Source of the DNA: an uncultured Clostridia bacterium
Lineage (GTDB): Bacteria; Bacillota; Clostridia; TANB77; CAG-508
DNA: 64,000 nt
Reading direction: 5' to 3'
NCBI GenBank assembly: GCA_948502395.1
Contig: CAOPES010000006.1
Location: 49,101-113,100, forward strand
Positions 1 through 9,333 of the stretch are shown here, piece after piece; position 1 is the first letter of the stretch, and each line of letters begins with the position of its first letter. Below the pieces are notes generated by a model, which made no database searches, was not told where the DNA came from, and worked only from the letters and a program-made list of their open reading frames with translations. The translations under genes and the position numbers were made by a program.

Positions 1-2
1 AA

Positions 3-860
3 AGAGTAGCAGAAGTAAACAACTATTATTATCCAGTATTCAAAGGAAGAAAATATGGATATAACTATGTAACAGTATCAGAAGCATATAAATTATCATT
101 AGGTTTAAGTAAAAAAGAAAATCCATATGGATTAACAGCAACATCAAATAGCCATTTAATGAAAAATAGTGAATGGGGAGCAACGGCATATTTGTCAATT
201 AGTCAATATGGATATTCAAATGGTACTAGTAATAACGAAAAATATAAAAATAATTTAAGTATTGCAAGTGCTAGCAATGTTCCAGTATCACATCCGAATA
301 ATAGTGGATGGAAAATAACTGGAATAACAGGATATTCTGCAACATCAGGAAAAGAAGCAGAAAATGTTATGACATTTACAGATGCAACTGATTTTACAGA
401 TAGTGTAACAGGAACAAATGGAACATCTTATGCATGGAACAATGTAGAAACAGGAACAGATACAGGAGAAGGAACAAAATCAAGTACAACAGGAAACATA
501 TATGGAATATATGATATGGGTGGGTGTTTGGCAGATTACCTTTCAGCATATGTAAATGCAGAAGGTGTGTCATATTTAACAACATATGGTGGAGCATTTG
601 TAAATGGACAATCAACATATTTAGCAACAGCATATCCATATAATCCAACAACAACAGACTATAAAGATTTTAACTCAGCGTATCCAGGATTTAGTAAAAT
701 ATTTGGAGACGCAATATATGAAGTTTCAAGCGATGTAGGTGCAACTAATGCTTGGTTTGGGCAAACATTAGAAAATGATACCAGTACAGGAGAAGTTTTC
801 TTCCCGCGTGGTGGGGCTTGGTATTATACGGGCCCTGTCGGGCTAGTGCGGCTTGGGTGA
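3..860 (+). CDS. 3' end of a gene for a secreted/surface Gly/Thr/Tyr/Asn-rich protein (5' end lies outside the window)
   Basis: The frame is open from the window edge to the TGA at 858-860. The last ~25 codons and the ~60 nt downstream (786-915) are anomalously GC-rich with non-native codon usage. The gene ends with an in-frame CGG at 849-851. Confidence 0.5.
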   Translation, partial: RVAEVNNYYYPVFKGRKYGYNYVTVSEAYKLSLGLSKKENPYGLTATSNSHLMKNSEWGATAYLSISQYGYSNGTSNNEKYKNNLSIASASNVPVSHPNNSGWKITGITGYSATSGKEAENVMTFTDATDFTDSVTGTNGTSYAWNNVETGTDTGEGTKSSTTGNIYGIYDMGGCLADYLSAYVNAEGVSYLTTYGGAFVNGQSTYLATAYPYNPTTTDYKDFNSAYPGFSKIFGDAIYEVSSDVGATNAWFGQTLENDTSTGEVFFPRGGAWYYTGPVGLVRLG

Positions 861-946
861 CAGTACTGGGGGTGCCGTTCAGTATTGTGGCTTTCGTAGC
901 GTGCTAGTAGCTGAGTAGTTCGTAAATACAAATAATAAATATATAA

Positions 947-974
947 AACACTTCAACATTGAAGTGTTTTTTTG
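947..974 (+). terminator. Rho-independent terminator
   Basis: Hairpin acacttcaa/ttgaagtgt followed by a T7 run. Confidence 0.7.
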
Positions 975-1047
975 AAAAACGATAGACAAATTATTAATAT
1001 AAATATATAATTATAGTAAATTATGCAAAACAAAAAGGGGAAAACAT

Positions 1048-1464
1048 ATGAAGAAAAAAAGAAAAGAAATAGGAGAATGCTTAGAAGAATTATTAGGTAG
1101 ATTAAGAAGAGAAAAAGGTTGGACCTATATGGAAGTTGCATCAGAATTGAAAAATAAATCAATAACAGAAAAAGACATAAAAAAATGGGAAGTAGGACTA
1201 AAATATCCTGACTTAGATATGATTTATGAACTATCAGAACTGTATCAAATTCCAAGTGCCGAAATAATACAAGCAAAAAATAACAGTTATGAAAAAGGAA
1301 TGGCATCTATAAATATGTATACAATAAAATGGATTTGCTATATACTAAATGTATCAATATACGTTGGTGGAGTGCTTTTAGTAATATTCTATGTATTAGC
1401 ATTTGCGTTTGCAATATGGTTTTTAGTAACTATGGCAGGCCAAGTTGACAAAAACTTGATATAA
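1048..1464 (+). CDS. XRE-family HTH transcriptional regulator with C-terminal transmembrane anchor
   Basis: N-terminal HTH_3-like helix-turn-helix; C-terminal hydrophobic segment VGGVLLVIFYVLAFAFAIWFLV; SD GGGG upstream. Confidence 0.6.
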   Translation: MKKKRKEIGECLEELLGRLRREKGWTYMEVASELKNKSITEKDIKKWEVGLKYPDLDMIYELSELYQIPSAEIIQAKNNSYEKGMASINMYTIKWICYILNVSIYVGGVLLVIFYVLAFAFAIWFLVTMAGQVDKNLI

Positions 1465-1474
1465 AGGAGAAGAT

Positions 1475-1834
1475 ATGAAACAACAATCTAAAAAAATGGT
1501 AAATAGTTTTAAATATGCATTTTGTGGAATTGCACAATCATTTAAAACAGAGAGAAATATGAAAATACATATATTGATAATGATATTAGTTATAATTGCA
1601 GGTTTTGTATATAAAATAAGTCCAATGGAATGGATTATATGTATTATATTGTTTGCATTTGTGATTTCAGCTGAATTAATGAATACTGCAATAGAGACTG
1701 TTGTAGATATGATTACTAAACAGAAGAGAGAAGATGCAAGAATTGCTAAGGATGTTGCAGCAGGTGCTGTTTTGGTTACTGCAATTGCTGCTGGAATAGT
1801 TGGAATTTTGATATTTTTACCAAAGATATTTTGA
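1475..1834 (+). CDS. dgkA: Diacylglycerol/undecaprenol kinase (DgkA family)
   Basis: 119-aa three-TM protein with the DgkA signature AELMNTAIE. Translationally coupled to the upstream gene. Confidence 0.75.
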   Translation: MKQQSKKMVNSFKYAFCGIAQSFKTERNMKIHILIMILVIIAGFVYKISPMEWIICIILFAFVISAELMNTAIETVVDMITKQKREDARIAKDVAAGAVLVTAIAAGIVGILIFLPKIF

Positions 1835-1860
1835 GCTAAAACTTACTTTATTATAAAATA

Positions 1861-1895
1861 CAAAGAGACCACTCATGATAGAATGGTCTCTTTAT
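1861..1895 (+). terminator. Rho-independent terminator
   Basis: agagaccactcatgatagaatggtctct hairpin followed by a T-run. Confidence 0.7.
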
Positions 1896-2121
1896 TTCTA
1901 TTATTTAATTTCATACTGACTTAAATCAGGTTCTACAAAAATACTATCATCAACATTATCAAAATCATAACTTCTCACAGACGAAGTACCACCAAAAGTT
2001 ACAAAAATAATCAAACCAGTATCTTTATTATTACAATTTCGTAAGCTAATGTAAGATAAATCGATGGCAAGTACTTTCAAATTTAATTATAATTAAATTA
2101 AAAGAAAGCCAAGGTGATAAA

Positions 2122-2817
2122 ATGAAAACAATAGTAAAAATAATTCTAACAATAATGTTAGTATCAATAAGCATAGGACTATTAGTAGTAGGAAATGGCT
2201 ACGACATGTATAAAGAAGCAATAGAGCAAGAGCCATTAAAAGAAAAAGTAGCTCAAATAAGAGAAAAAAGCAACTACACAAAAATAGAAGAAGTGCCACA
2301 AATATACAAAAAAGCAGTAATATCAGTAGAAGACCACCGATTTTATGACCATAATGGGATAGATATAATTGCAATAGGAAGAGCAGCAATTAACGACATA
2401 AGAGCAATGTCATTTGTAGAAGGTGGAAGTACAATAACACAGCAAATAGCTAAAAATGTATATTTTACACAAGAGAAGAAAGTTACAAGAAAAATTGCAG
2501 AAGTGTTTATGGCTTTTGAAATAGAAAAAAATTATGAAAAGGACGAAATCTTAGAGATATATTTAAATACAAGCTATTACGGAGATGGCTATACAACTGT
2601 AAAAGAAGCATGCAAGGGATATTTTAATAAGAATTTAAATGAGATGACAGATTATGAGGCTATATTGTTGGCTGGAATTCCAAATGCGCCTTCGGTATAT
2701 GCTCCTACTAAAAATCCAGGACTTGCAAGGCAAAGGCAAAAGCAGGTAATGGAGAAAATGGTTAAGTATGGGTATTTGACAGAAAAAGAAGCAGAGAAGA
2801 TAGTTAACGAAAAATAA
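2122..2817 (+). CDS. Monofunctional biosynthetic peptidoglycan transglycosylase (GT51)
   Basis: N-terminal TM plus GT51 motifs EDHRFYDHNGID, GGSTITQQ and RKIAE. Confidence 0.8.
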   Translation: MKTIVKIILTIMLVSISIGLLVVGNGYDMYKEAIEQEPLKEKVAQIREKSNYTKIEEVPQIYKKAVISVEDHRFYDHNGIDIIAIGRAAINDIRAMSFVEGGSTITQQIAKNVYFTQEKKVTRKIAEVFMAFEIEKNYEKDEILEIYLNTSYYGDGYTTVKEACKGYFNKNLNEMTDYEAILLAGIPNAPSVYAPTKNPGLARQRQKQVMEKMVKYGYLTEKEAEKIVNEK

Positions 2818-2830
2818 AATAATAGATAAA

Positions 2831-2862
2831 AAACTGCAATTAAAAATATTGCAGTTTTTATA
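2831..2862 (+). terminator. Rho-independent terminator
   Basis: ctgcaattaaaaatattgcag hairpin followed by a T-run. Confidence 0.7.
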
Positions 2863-2960
2863 TATACAAAAAATAAAAGTTATGATAATATGGAGCAGGA
2901 AGATTACAAAAAGAAAAAAATGGACATAATTTAACTAAAAGAAGTCTAAGGAGGAAAAAG

Positions 2961-5570
2961 ATGAGTGAAGAAAACAAAATAGTAGACAGTATGGAAAATC
3001 TAGAAAGACTAATTGAAAGAGTAAAACAAGCTCAAAAAGAATTTTCAACATACACACAAGAGCAAGTCGACAAAATCTTTTTAGCAGCAGCAATGGCTGC
3101 AAACCAAGCAAGAATACCACTTGCAAAAATGGCAGTAGAAGAAACAGGAATGGGACTAGTAGAAGATAAAATAATAAAAAACCACTATGCAGCAGAATAT
3201 ATTTATAACAAATATAAAGCTGATAAAACATGTGGAGTAATAGAAGAAGACAAAGCATATGGAATTAAAAGAATAGCAGAGCCAATAGGACTAATTGCAG
3301 CAGTCATACCAACAACAAATCCGACATCAACAGCAATTTTTAAAACACTAATAGCTTTAAAAACAAGAAATGGAATAATAATAAGTCCACACCCAAGAGC
3401 AAAAAAATCAACAATAGAAGCATCTAGAACAATATTAGAAGCAGCAGTTAAGGCAGGAGCACCAGAAGGAATAATTGGTTGGATAGATGTTCCATCACTA
3501 GAATTTACAAATACATTAATGAAGTCAGCAGATACAATACTTGCAACAGGTGGACCTGGAATGGTAAAATCAGCATATTCAAGTGGAAAGCCAGCACTGG
3601 GAGTTGGAGCAGGAAATACACCTGCAATTATAGACGAATCAGCAGATATTCTTTTAGCAGTAAACTCTATAATTCATTCAAAAACATTTGATAACGGTAT
3701 GATATGTGCATCAGAGCAATCAGTAATAGTATTAGATAAAATTTATGATGAAGTAAAAGCGGAATTCCAAAAAAGGGGTTGTTACTTCTTAAATACAGAA
3801 GAGACAGAAAAAGTTAGAAAAACCATAATAATAAATGGAGCATTAAACGCTAAGATAGTTGGTCAAACAGCACATACAATAGCTAATTTAGCAGGAATAG
3901 AAGTACCAAAAGAAACAAAAATACTAATAGGTGAAGTAGAAAGTGTTGAACTATCAGAAGAATTTGCACACGAAAAATTATCTCCGGTTTTAGCAATGTA
4001 TAAAGCAAAGGATTTTGATGAAGCAATAGAAAAAGCAATACACTTAATAAATGATGGTGGACTAGGACATACGTCATCACTTTATATAAATACAAATACA
4101 CAAAATGAAAAAATAGAAAAGTTTTATCGAAATATGAGAACGTGTAGAGTAGTAATAAATACTCCTTCATCACATGGTGGAATAGGAGATTTATATAACT
4201 TCAAACTAGCACCATCACTAACACTTGGTTGTGGTTCATGGGGTGGAAACTCGGTGTCAGAAAACGTAGGAATAAAACATTTATTAAATATAAAAACAGT
4301 AGCTGAAAGGAGAGAAAATATGCTTTGGTTCAGAGCACCTGAAAAGGTATATATAAAAAGGGGTTGCTTACCAGTAGCCTTAGAAGAATTAAAAAACGTA
4401 ATAGGAAAAAAGAAAGTATTTATAGTAACAGATACATTTTTATTTGAAAATGGATATACAAAGCCAATAACAGATAAATTAGATGAAATGGGAATTATGC
4501 ACACAACATTCTCAAATGTTGAACCAGACCCTACACTTGCAAGTGCAAAACAAGGTGCTAAAGCTATGAATGACTTCAAACCAGATTGCATTATTGCAGT
4601 TGGTGGTGGTTCTGCAATGGATGCAGCAAAAATAATGTGGGTACTATATGAACATCCGGAAGCAGATTTTATGGATATGGCTATGAGATTTATGGATATA
4701 AGAAAAAGAGTATACACATTCCCTAAAATGGGAGAAAAAGCATATTTTATAGCAATTCCTACATCAGCAGGAACAGGTTCAGAAGTAACACCATTTGCAG
4801 TAATAACAGACGAAAAAACAGGAACAAAATATCCATTAGCAGATTATGAATTAATGCCAAAAATGGCAATAGTAGATAGCAATATGATGATGGATGCACC
4901 AAAAGGATTAACATCAGCATCAGGAATAGATGCAGTAACACACAACTTAGAAGCGCTAGCATCAATGATGGCAACAGAATATACAGACGGTTTAGCAATA
5001 GAAAGTTTAAAAAATATATTTAAGTATTTACCAAGAGCATATGAAAACGGAGCAAATGACCCAGAAGCAAGAGAGAAAATGGCAAATGCCGCAACAATGG
5101 CAGGTATGGCCTTTGCAAACGCTTTCTTAGGAGTATGTCACTCAATGGCTCACAAATTAGGAGCATTCCACCACTTACCACATGGTGTGGCAAATGCAAT
5201 AATGATAAACATTGTATTAAGATTTAATAGTAGCGAAGTACCAACAAAAATGGGAACATTCCCACAATATGATCATCCAAAAACATTAGAAAAATACGCA
5301 TATGTTTCAAGATGCCTAGGGTTTGGTGGAGAGACAGACGAACAAAGCTTAGAAAATTTAATTAATGCAATAGAAGAATTGAAAGAAAAAATTGGAATTA
5401 AAAAGACTATCAAAGATTATGGTGTTGATGAATCATATTTCCTAGAAAAATTGGACGAAATGACAGAGCAAGCATTTGATGACCAATGTACAGGAGCTAA
5501 CCCAAGATTACCACTTATGAGCGAAATTAAAGAAATGTATTTAGAAGCATATTATGGAGGTAAACAATAA
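2961..5570 (+). CDS. adhE: Bifunctional acetaldehyde-CoA/alcohol dehydrogenase
   Basis: 869 aa. N-terminal aldehyde dehydrogenase domain, C-terminal Fe-ADH domain (GGGSAMDAAK) and a His-rich Fe site. Strong SD AGGAGG. Confidence 0.95.
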   Translation: MSEENKIVDSMENLERLIERVKQAQKEFSTYTQEQVDKIFLAAAMAANQARIPLAKMAVEETGMGLVEDKIIKNHYAAEYIYNKYKADKTCGVIEEDKAYGIKRIAEPIGLIAAVIPTTNPTSTAIFKTLIALKTRNGIIISPHPRAKKSTIEASRTILEAAVKAGAPEGIIGWIDVPSLEFTNTLMKSADTILATGGPGMVKSAYSSGKPALGVGAGNTPAIIDESADILLAVNSIIHSKTFDNGMICASEQSVIVLDKIYDEVKAEFQKRGCYFLNTEETEKVRKTIIINGALNAKIVGQTAHTIANLAGIEVPKETKILIGEVESVELSEEFAHEKLSPVLAMYKAKDFDEAIEKAIHLINDGGLGHTSSLYINTNTQNEKIEKFYRNMRTCRVVINTPSSHGGIGDLYNFKLAPSLTLGCGSWGGNSVSENVGIKHLLNIKTVAERRENMLWFRAPEKVYIKRGCLPVALEELKNVIGKKKVFIVTDTFLFENGYTKPITDKLDEMGIMHTTFSNVEPDPTLASAKQGAKAMNDFKPDCIIAVGGGSAMDAAKIMWVLYEHPEADFMDMAMRFMDIRKRVYTFPKMGEKAYFIAIPTSAGTGSEVTPFAVITDEKTGTKYPLADYELMPKMAIVDSNMMMDAPKGLTSASGIDAVTHNLEALASMMATEYTDGLAIESLKNIFKYLPRAYENGANDPEAREKMANAATMAGMAFANAFLGVCHSMAHKLGAFHHLPHGVANAIMINIVLRFNSSEVPTKMGTFPQYDHPKTLEKYAYVSRCLGFGGETDEQSLENLINAIEELKEKIGIKKTIKDYGVDESYFLEKLDEMTEQAFDDQCTGANPRLPLMSEIKEMYLEAYYGGKQ

Positions 5571-6325
5571 TGTATATAAATTTAGATAATCCAATAGTAG
5601 AAAGAAAAACGAAAACTGTATATAGAGACAATGACAAAACGATAAAATTATTTGTAGAAAATTACTCAAAAGCAAATATTTTAAATGAAGCTCTAAATCA
5701 AGCAAGAGTTGAAGAAGGCACAGAACTAGCTGTACCTAAATTAATAGAAGTAAGCAAAATAGACAATAGATGGGCATTGGTATCAGAACACATTGAAGGA
5801 AAACCGCTTGATAAACTAATGGAAGAACACCCAGAAAAAGAAGATGAATATTTGAACAAATTTATAGATATTCAATTAGAAGTGCTATCAAACAGAGTGC
5901 CTTTGCTAAATAGAATGAAGGAAAAATATAGAAGGAAGATAAATGAAGCAGATATAAATGAAAATACTAAATATGATTTATTACAAAGATTAGAAGGAAT
6001 GAGAAGTGATTTAAGTTTGTGTCATGGCGATTATAATCCAAGTAATGTCATTATAAAAGATGATGGCACTGCATATGTAATTGACTGGGCACACGTAACT
6101 ATGGGGAATAGCGCAGCTGATGCTGCTAGAACTTATTTAATATTTTCATTAGACAGTAAGGAAAATTTAGCTGATAAATATTTGAATTTATTTTCTGAAA
6201 AGAGTGGGATTGAGAAATCAAATATTCAAAGGTGGATTCCTATTGTTGCTGCTGCTCAACTTGCTGATAGTAATGCAGATAGAGAGTTGCTTCATAAATG
6301 GGTGGATGTTATAGAGTATCAATAA
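5570..6325 (+). CDS. Phosphotransferase-family protein (APH/choline-kinase-like kinase fold)
   Basis: Brenner motif LCHGDYNPSNVII and the VIDW motif. Overlaps the adhE stop (ATAATG). Confidence 0.6.
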   Translation: MYINLDNPIVERKTKTVYRDNDKTIKLFVENYSKANILNEALNQARVEEGTELAVPKLIEVSKIDNRWALVSEHIEGKPLDKLMEEHPEKEDEYLNKFIDIQLEVLSNRVPLLNRMKEKYRRKINEADINENTKYDLLQRLEGMRSDLSLCHGDYNPSNVIIKDDGTAYVIDWAHVTMGNSAADAARTYLIFSLDSKENLADKYLNLFSEKSGIEKSNIQRWIPIVAAAQLADSNADRELLHKWVDVIEYQ

Positions 6326-6345
6326 AAGAAGAAAAGGAATAAAAA

Positions 6346-6945
6346 ATGAAAAATATAAATATAACAAGAAAAATTACACAGGGAATGTACGTATTAACAA
6401 CAAAAAATGGAGGATGCATAGTAGATGCAGTATCACAAATAAGTAGTAGTAATAATCCCCTAATATCAGTTGCAGTAATGAAAAGAAATTACACAAATGA
6501 ATTATTAAAAGTAAACGACAGATTTGCGATATCCGTATTAGGGAAGGATGTAAATCCAAAAATAATAAAAACATTTGGATTTAATTCATCAAGAGATATT
6601 AATAAATTTGATAAGACAGAAACAATTAAAATAGAAGATATAGATGTTATAAAGAATTCATTAGGCTATATGATTTGTGAAATAGTCGATAAAATTGAAA
6701 ATGATACTCACACATTATTTATAGGAAAGATAATAGAAGCGGATATTTTTGAAGATACAGAGCCTATGAGTTATGGCTATTATCAAGAACATAAAGATGA
6801 ATTGCTAAAAGTTACGACTGAAAAGGGAAAGACTGCTTGGATTTGTACAGTATGTGGGTATATTTATTATGGCGAAGAATTGCCCGAAGATTTTAAATGC
6901 CCTTTATGTGGAGTTGGAAGAGAATTTTTTAAGAAGAAAGAATAA
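6346..6945 (+). CDS. Flavin-reductase-domain/rubredoxin fusion (high-molecular-weight rubredoxin, Hrb-like)
   Basis: N-terminal flavin-reductase-like domain. C-terminal rubredoxin CTVCGYIY...CPLCG (two CxxC pairs). Confidence 0.7.
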   Translation: MKNINITRKITQGMYVLTTKNGGCIVDAVSQISSSNNPLISVAVMKRNYTNELLKVNDRFAISVLGKDVNPKIIKTFGFNSSRDINKFDKTETIKIEDIDVIKNSLGYMICEIVDKIENDTHTLFIGKIIEADIFEDTEPMSYGYYQEHKDELLKVTTEKGKTAWICTVCGYIYYGEELPEDFKCPLCGVGREFFKKKE

Positions 6946-6985
6946 ATTAGCATTGGGAAATAATAAATAAAAAATTCAAAAGAAC

Positions 6986-7007
6986 TTTTTGGGACAGGTC
7001 AAAAAAA
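6986..7007. repeat. GC-rich palindromic intergenic repeat, half copy (tttttGGGACAGGtcaaaaaaa)
   Basis: Member of the GGGACRG-core repeat family seen at 8 loci in this window. Confidence 0.5.
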
Positions 7008-7010
7008 TTA

Positions 7011-7040
7011 TTGACAAAGTGAATAAAAAAGTAGTATAAT
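7011..7040 (+). promoter_or_regulatory. Sigma-A promoter driving the toxI-like repeats and toxN
   Basis: TTGACA 7011-7016, 18-nt spacer, TATAAT 7035-7040. Confidence 0.65.
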
Positions 7041-7100
7041 AAATATATTAAGAACAGCAATCATCTGATTACTAATAGGGAGTTCTTACTAAAAAAGGAC

Positions 7101-7194
7101 GATTTAAAATTAGGTAAAGTTCAAGCCTTATAAATGAACTGATTTAAAATTAGGTAATGCTTAGCCTTATAAGTAAGCAGTTTTAAAATAAAGG
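7101..7194 (+). ncRNA. toxI: ToxI-like type III antitoxin RNA: 2.3 tandem 40-nt repeats
   Basis: 7101-7140 and 7141-7180 are near-identical 40-mers (gatttaaaattaggtaa[ag]g[tc]t[ct]a[ag]gccttataa[ag]t[ga]a[ag]c...). A partial third repeat spans 7181-7194. The array sits between a promoter and a terminator directly upstream of a ToxN-family gene. Confidence 0.7.
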
Positions 7195-7223
7195 GGCACA
7201 TTTGAAAAGATGTGCTCTTTTTG
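7194..7223 (+). terminator. Rho-independent terminator between the toxI repeats and toxN (canonical type III TA attenuator)
   Basis: gcacatttgaaaagatgtgc hairpin followed by tcttttt. Confidence 0.7.
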
Positions 7224-7247
7224 TATTCTTTTAAGAAAGAGGTAAAA

Positions 7248-7763
7248 ATGGAAGAATTATTATTTTACGTTGTTGATAGAAAATATATACAATATTTAAG
7301 TGAGTTCGAGAAACATATAAGTTACAATAAAGATGATATAGGGCATAGTAGACCATATTTAGGAATCGTGCTGAAAATAGATAATTATGAATATTTTGTA
7401 CCACTATATTCATATAAAGAGCATTACAAAAAATACAAAAATAATCCTAGTTTTTTCTTTGTAAAAGATAGAAAAGATAGACCACTGGCAATTATCAAAT
7501 TTTCAGCAATGATACCTGTACCTAAAACAACAAATGTAACAGAACTGTTAAGATATGGAGAGCAAGATAAAAAATATAAAGATTTAATATCAGCAGAATA
7601 TAGATACATCAATTCAAACAAAAGCGAAATTTATAAAAGAGCAAATAAAATGTATGTAGCAGTTACACAACATAAAAATAATTTTTTAAAAACTATTGCT
7701 TGTGATTTTAAACTATTAGAAGAAAAAAGTTTAAAGTACAAAGAAAATTATAGTAAAAATTGA
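7248..7763 (+). CDS. toxN: ToxN/AbiQ-family type III toxin endoribonuclease
   Basis: Clear similarity to Pectobacterium ToxN and Lactococcus AbiQ: KYIQYLSEFE, GIVLKIDNYEYFVPLYS, IIKFSAMIPV and CDFKLLEEK. Start chosen at the ATG at 7248 with SD AGAAAGAGG. The upstream ATG at 7212 lies inside the terminator. Confidence 0.85.
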   Translation: MEELLFYVVDRKYIQYLSEFEKHISYNKDDIGHSRPYLGIVLKIDNYEYFVPLYSYKEHYKKYKNNPSFFFVKDRKDRPLAIIKFSAMIPVPKTTNVTELLRYGEQDKKYKDLISAEYRYINSNKSEIYKRANKMYVAVTQHKNNFLKTIACDFKLLEEKSLKYKENYSKN

Positions 7764-7874
7764 ACAGTTTGTTGCAGAATATACGACAACTAAACAAAAT
7801 ATTATTTTTAAATGGACAAAAACTTAAATATGTATTACAATATTACTTGGATAAAAATAAAAGGAGAAAGCAAA

Positions 7875-8597
7875 ATGTTAAATCAATTCTCAAGAACAGA
7901 GCTGTTAATAGGAAAAGAAGGAATAGAGAAACTAAAAAAAGCAAAAGTAGCAATATTTGGAATAGGTGGAGTAGGTTCATTTGTAGCAGAAGGACTAGCA
8001 AGGGCAGGAGTAGAAAAATTCGTATTAGTAGACAATGACCAAATAAGCATAACAAACTTAAACAGGCAAATAATAGCTACAATAAAAACAATAGGAAAAA
8101 ATAAGGTTGATGTAATGAAAGAAAGGATACTAGAAATCAATCCAAATGCACAAGTAGAGATATATCGAGAATTCTATATGCCAAATTCAGAAACCCAAAT
8201 AATAACACAAGACCTAACATATGTAGCAGACTGTGTAGACACAGTTACTGCAAAAATAGAAATTATTATGCAATGTAAAAAATTAGGAATTCCAGTAATA
8301 TCATCAATGGGAACAGGAAATAAGCTAGACCCATTAAAATTTGAAATTACAGATATTTATAAGACAAGTGTATGCCCACTAGCAAAAGTTATGAGAAAAG
8401 AATTGAAAAAAAGAAATATAGAAAGCTTGAAGGTGTTATATTCAAAAGAAGAACCAATAAAAGCAACCAATAATACAGAATGTTTATCAGAAACAAAGAA
8501 AGCACAAGTACCAGGAAGTATATCATTTGTACCATCTGTTGCAGGATTAATAATTGCAGGAGAAATTGTAAAAGATATTATAAAAAATAATGAATAG
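7875..8597 (+). CDS. tcdA: tRNA threonylcarbamoyladenosine dehydratase (ThiF/MoeB E1-like)
   Basis: GxGxxG FGIGGVGS, LVDNDQISITNLNRQ; SD AAGGAG. Confidence 0.8.
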   Translation: MLNQFSRTELLIGKEGIEKLKKAKVAIFGIGGVGSFVAEGLARAGVEKFVLVDNDQISITNLNRQIIATIKTIGKNKVDVMKERILEINPNAQVEIYREFYMPNSETQIITQDLTYVADCVDTVTAKIEIIMQCKKLGIPVISSMGTGNKLDPLKFEITDIYKTSVCPLAKVMRKELKKRNIESLKVLYSKEEPIKATNNTECLSETKKAQVPGSISFVPSVAGLIIAGEIVKDIIKNNE

Positions 8598-8609
8598 GAG
8601 TGATAAAAA

Positions 8610-8867
8610 ATGGAGTATAGATATAGACCAGAAGGGGTTTGTTCAGTTGAAATGATTTTTAATATTGAAAATGATATTGTAAAAAAGTTAAAAATAGTAG
8701 GTGGATGCCCTGGAAATACAGTGGGAGTGTCAAAGTTGATAGAAAATAAATCTATTGAAGAGATAATTAGTTTATTAAAGAGTATTCAATGTGGAAATAA
8801 AGGAACTTCTTGTCCAGACCAAGTAGCAAGAGCTTTAGAAAAATATAAATTACAAAAATTGAAATAA
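8610..8867 (+). CDS. TSCPD-domain protein (TIGR03905 family)
   Basis: 85 aa with the TSCPDQ motif. Confidence 0.6.
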   Translation: MEYRYRPEGVCSVEMIFNIENDIVKKLKIVGGCPGNTVGVSKLIENKSIEEIISLLKSIQCGNKGTSCPDQVARALEKYKLQKLK

Positions 8868-8933
8868 ATACATTAAAAATTATACATGTTTTCAAAAATA
8901 GATAGAAAATAAGAAAAAAGGATAGAATTAAAA

Positions 8934-9242
8934 ATGAAAATAATTACATTATGTGGAAGTTTAAAATTTCAAAAAGAAATGATGGAAATTGCAGAAAAAA
9001 TGGCATTGGAAGGATATTGTATCCTTACACCTGTTTATACTGTATCAAAAAATATTGAAATAAACAAGGAACAATTGGTAAAATTGAAAGAAGCACATTT
9101 TAAAAGAATAGAATTATCTGATAGCATATTAGTAGTAAATGTAAATAATTACATTGGAAATAGCACAAATTTAGAAATAGAATATGCTAAAAAATTAGGT
9201 AAAGAAATTATATATTATACCGATTTAATGAAAAATGATTAA
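8934..9242 (+). CDS. Hypothetical 102-aa protein (possibly nucleoside 2-deoxyribosyltransferase-like/SLOG fold)
   Basis: ORF with an SD. ITLCGS...ILVV pattern. No confident family assignment. Confidence 0.35.
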   Translation: MKIITLCGSLKFQKEMMEIAEKMALEGYCILTPVYTVSKNIEINKEQLVKLKEAHFKRIELSDSILVVNVNNYIGNSTNLEIEYAKKLGKEIIYYTDLMKND

Positions 9243-9333
9243 AGCAACAACATACAACTTTGAAAAATGAAAGAAAAGACAGTAACTTTTGGCAAGAGAT
9301 AACTAATGCAGTCCTTTTACCCACAGTAAGGAG

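Noticed and set aside
394-654. Numerous Leu/Phe/Ile-rich ORFs on the minus strand opposite real genes. Examples: 394-654, 2093-2389, 4124-4717, 14399-14761, 16421-16720, 27001-27258, 34559-35131, 53674-54063.
   Set aside because: They are low-complexity antisense translations of AT-rich coding sequence. They have no SD and overlap strongly supported plus-strand genes.
830-915. Possible tRNA or tmRNA in the GC-rich island.
   Set aside because: No acceptor stem, no T-loop GTTCRANYC pairing and no cloverleaf could be drawn.
7101-7194. Short direct-repeat array considered as a CRISPR array.
   Set aside because: Only 2.3 contiguous 40-nt repeats with no spacers. The promoter-repeats-terminator-toxN layout identifies it as a type III antitoxin RNA.
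7760-8038. 92-aa highly basic ORF overlapping the start of tcdA.
   Set aside because: It lies out of frame inside the tcdA 5' region and has no SD. Its Lys/Arg-rich composition is an AT-rich frame artefact.
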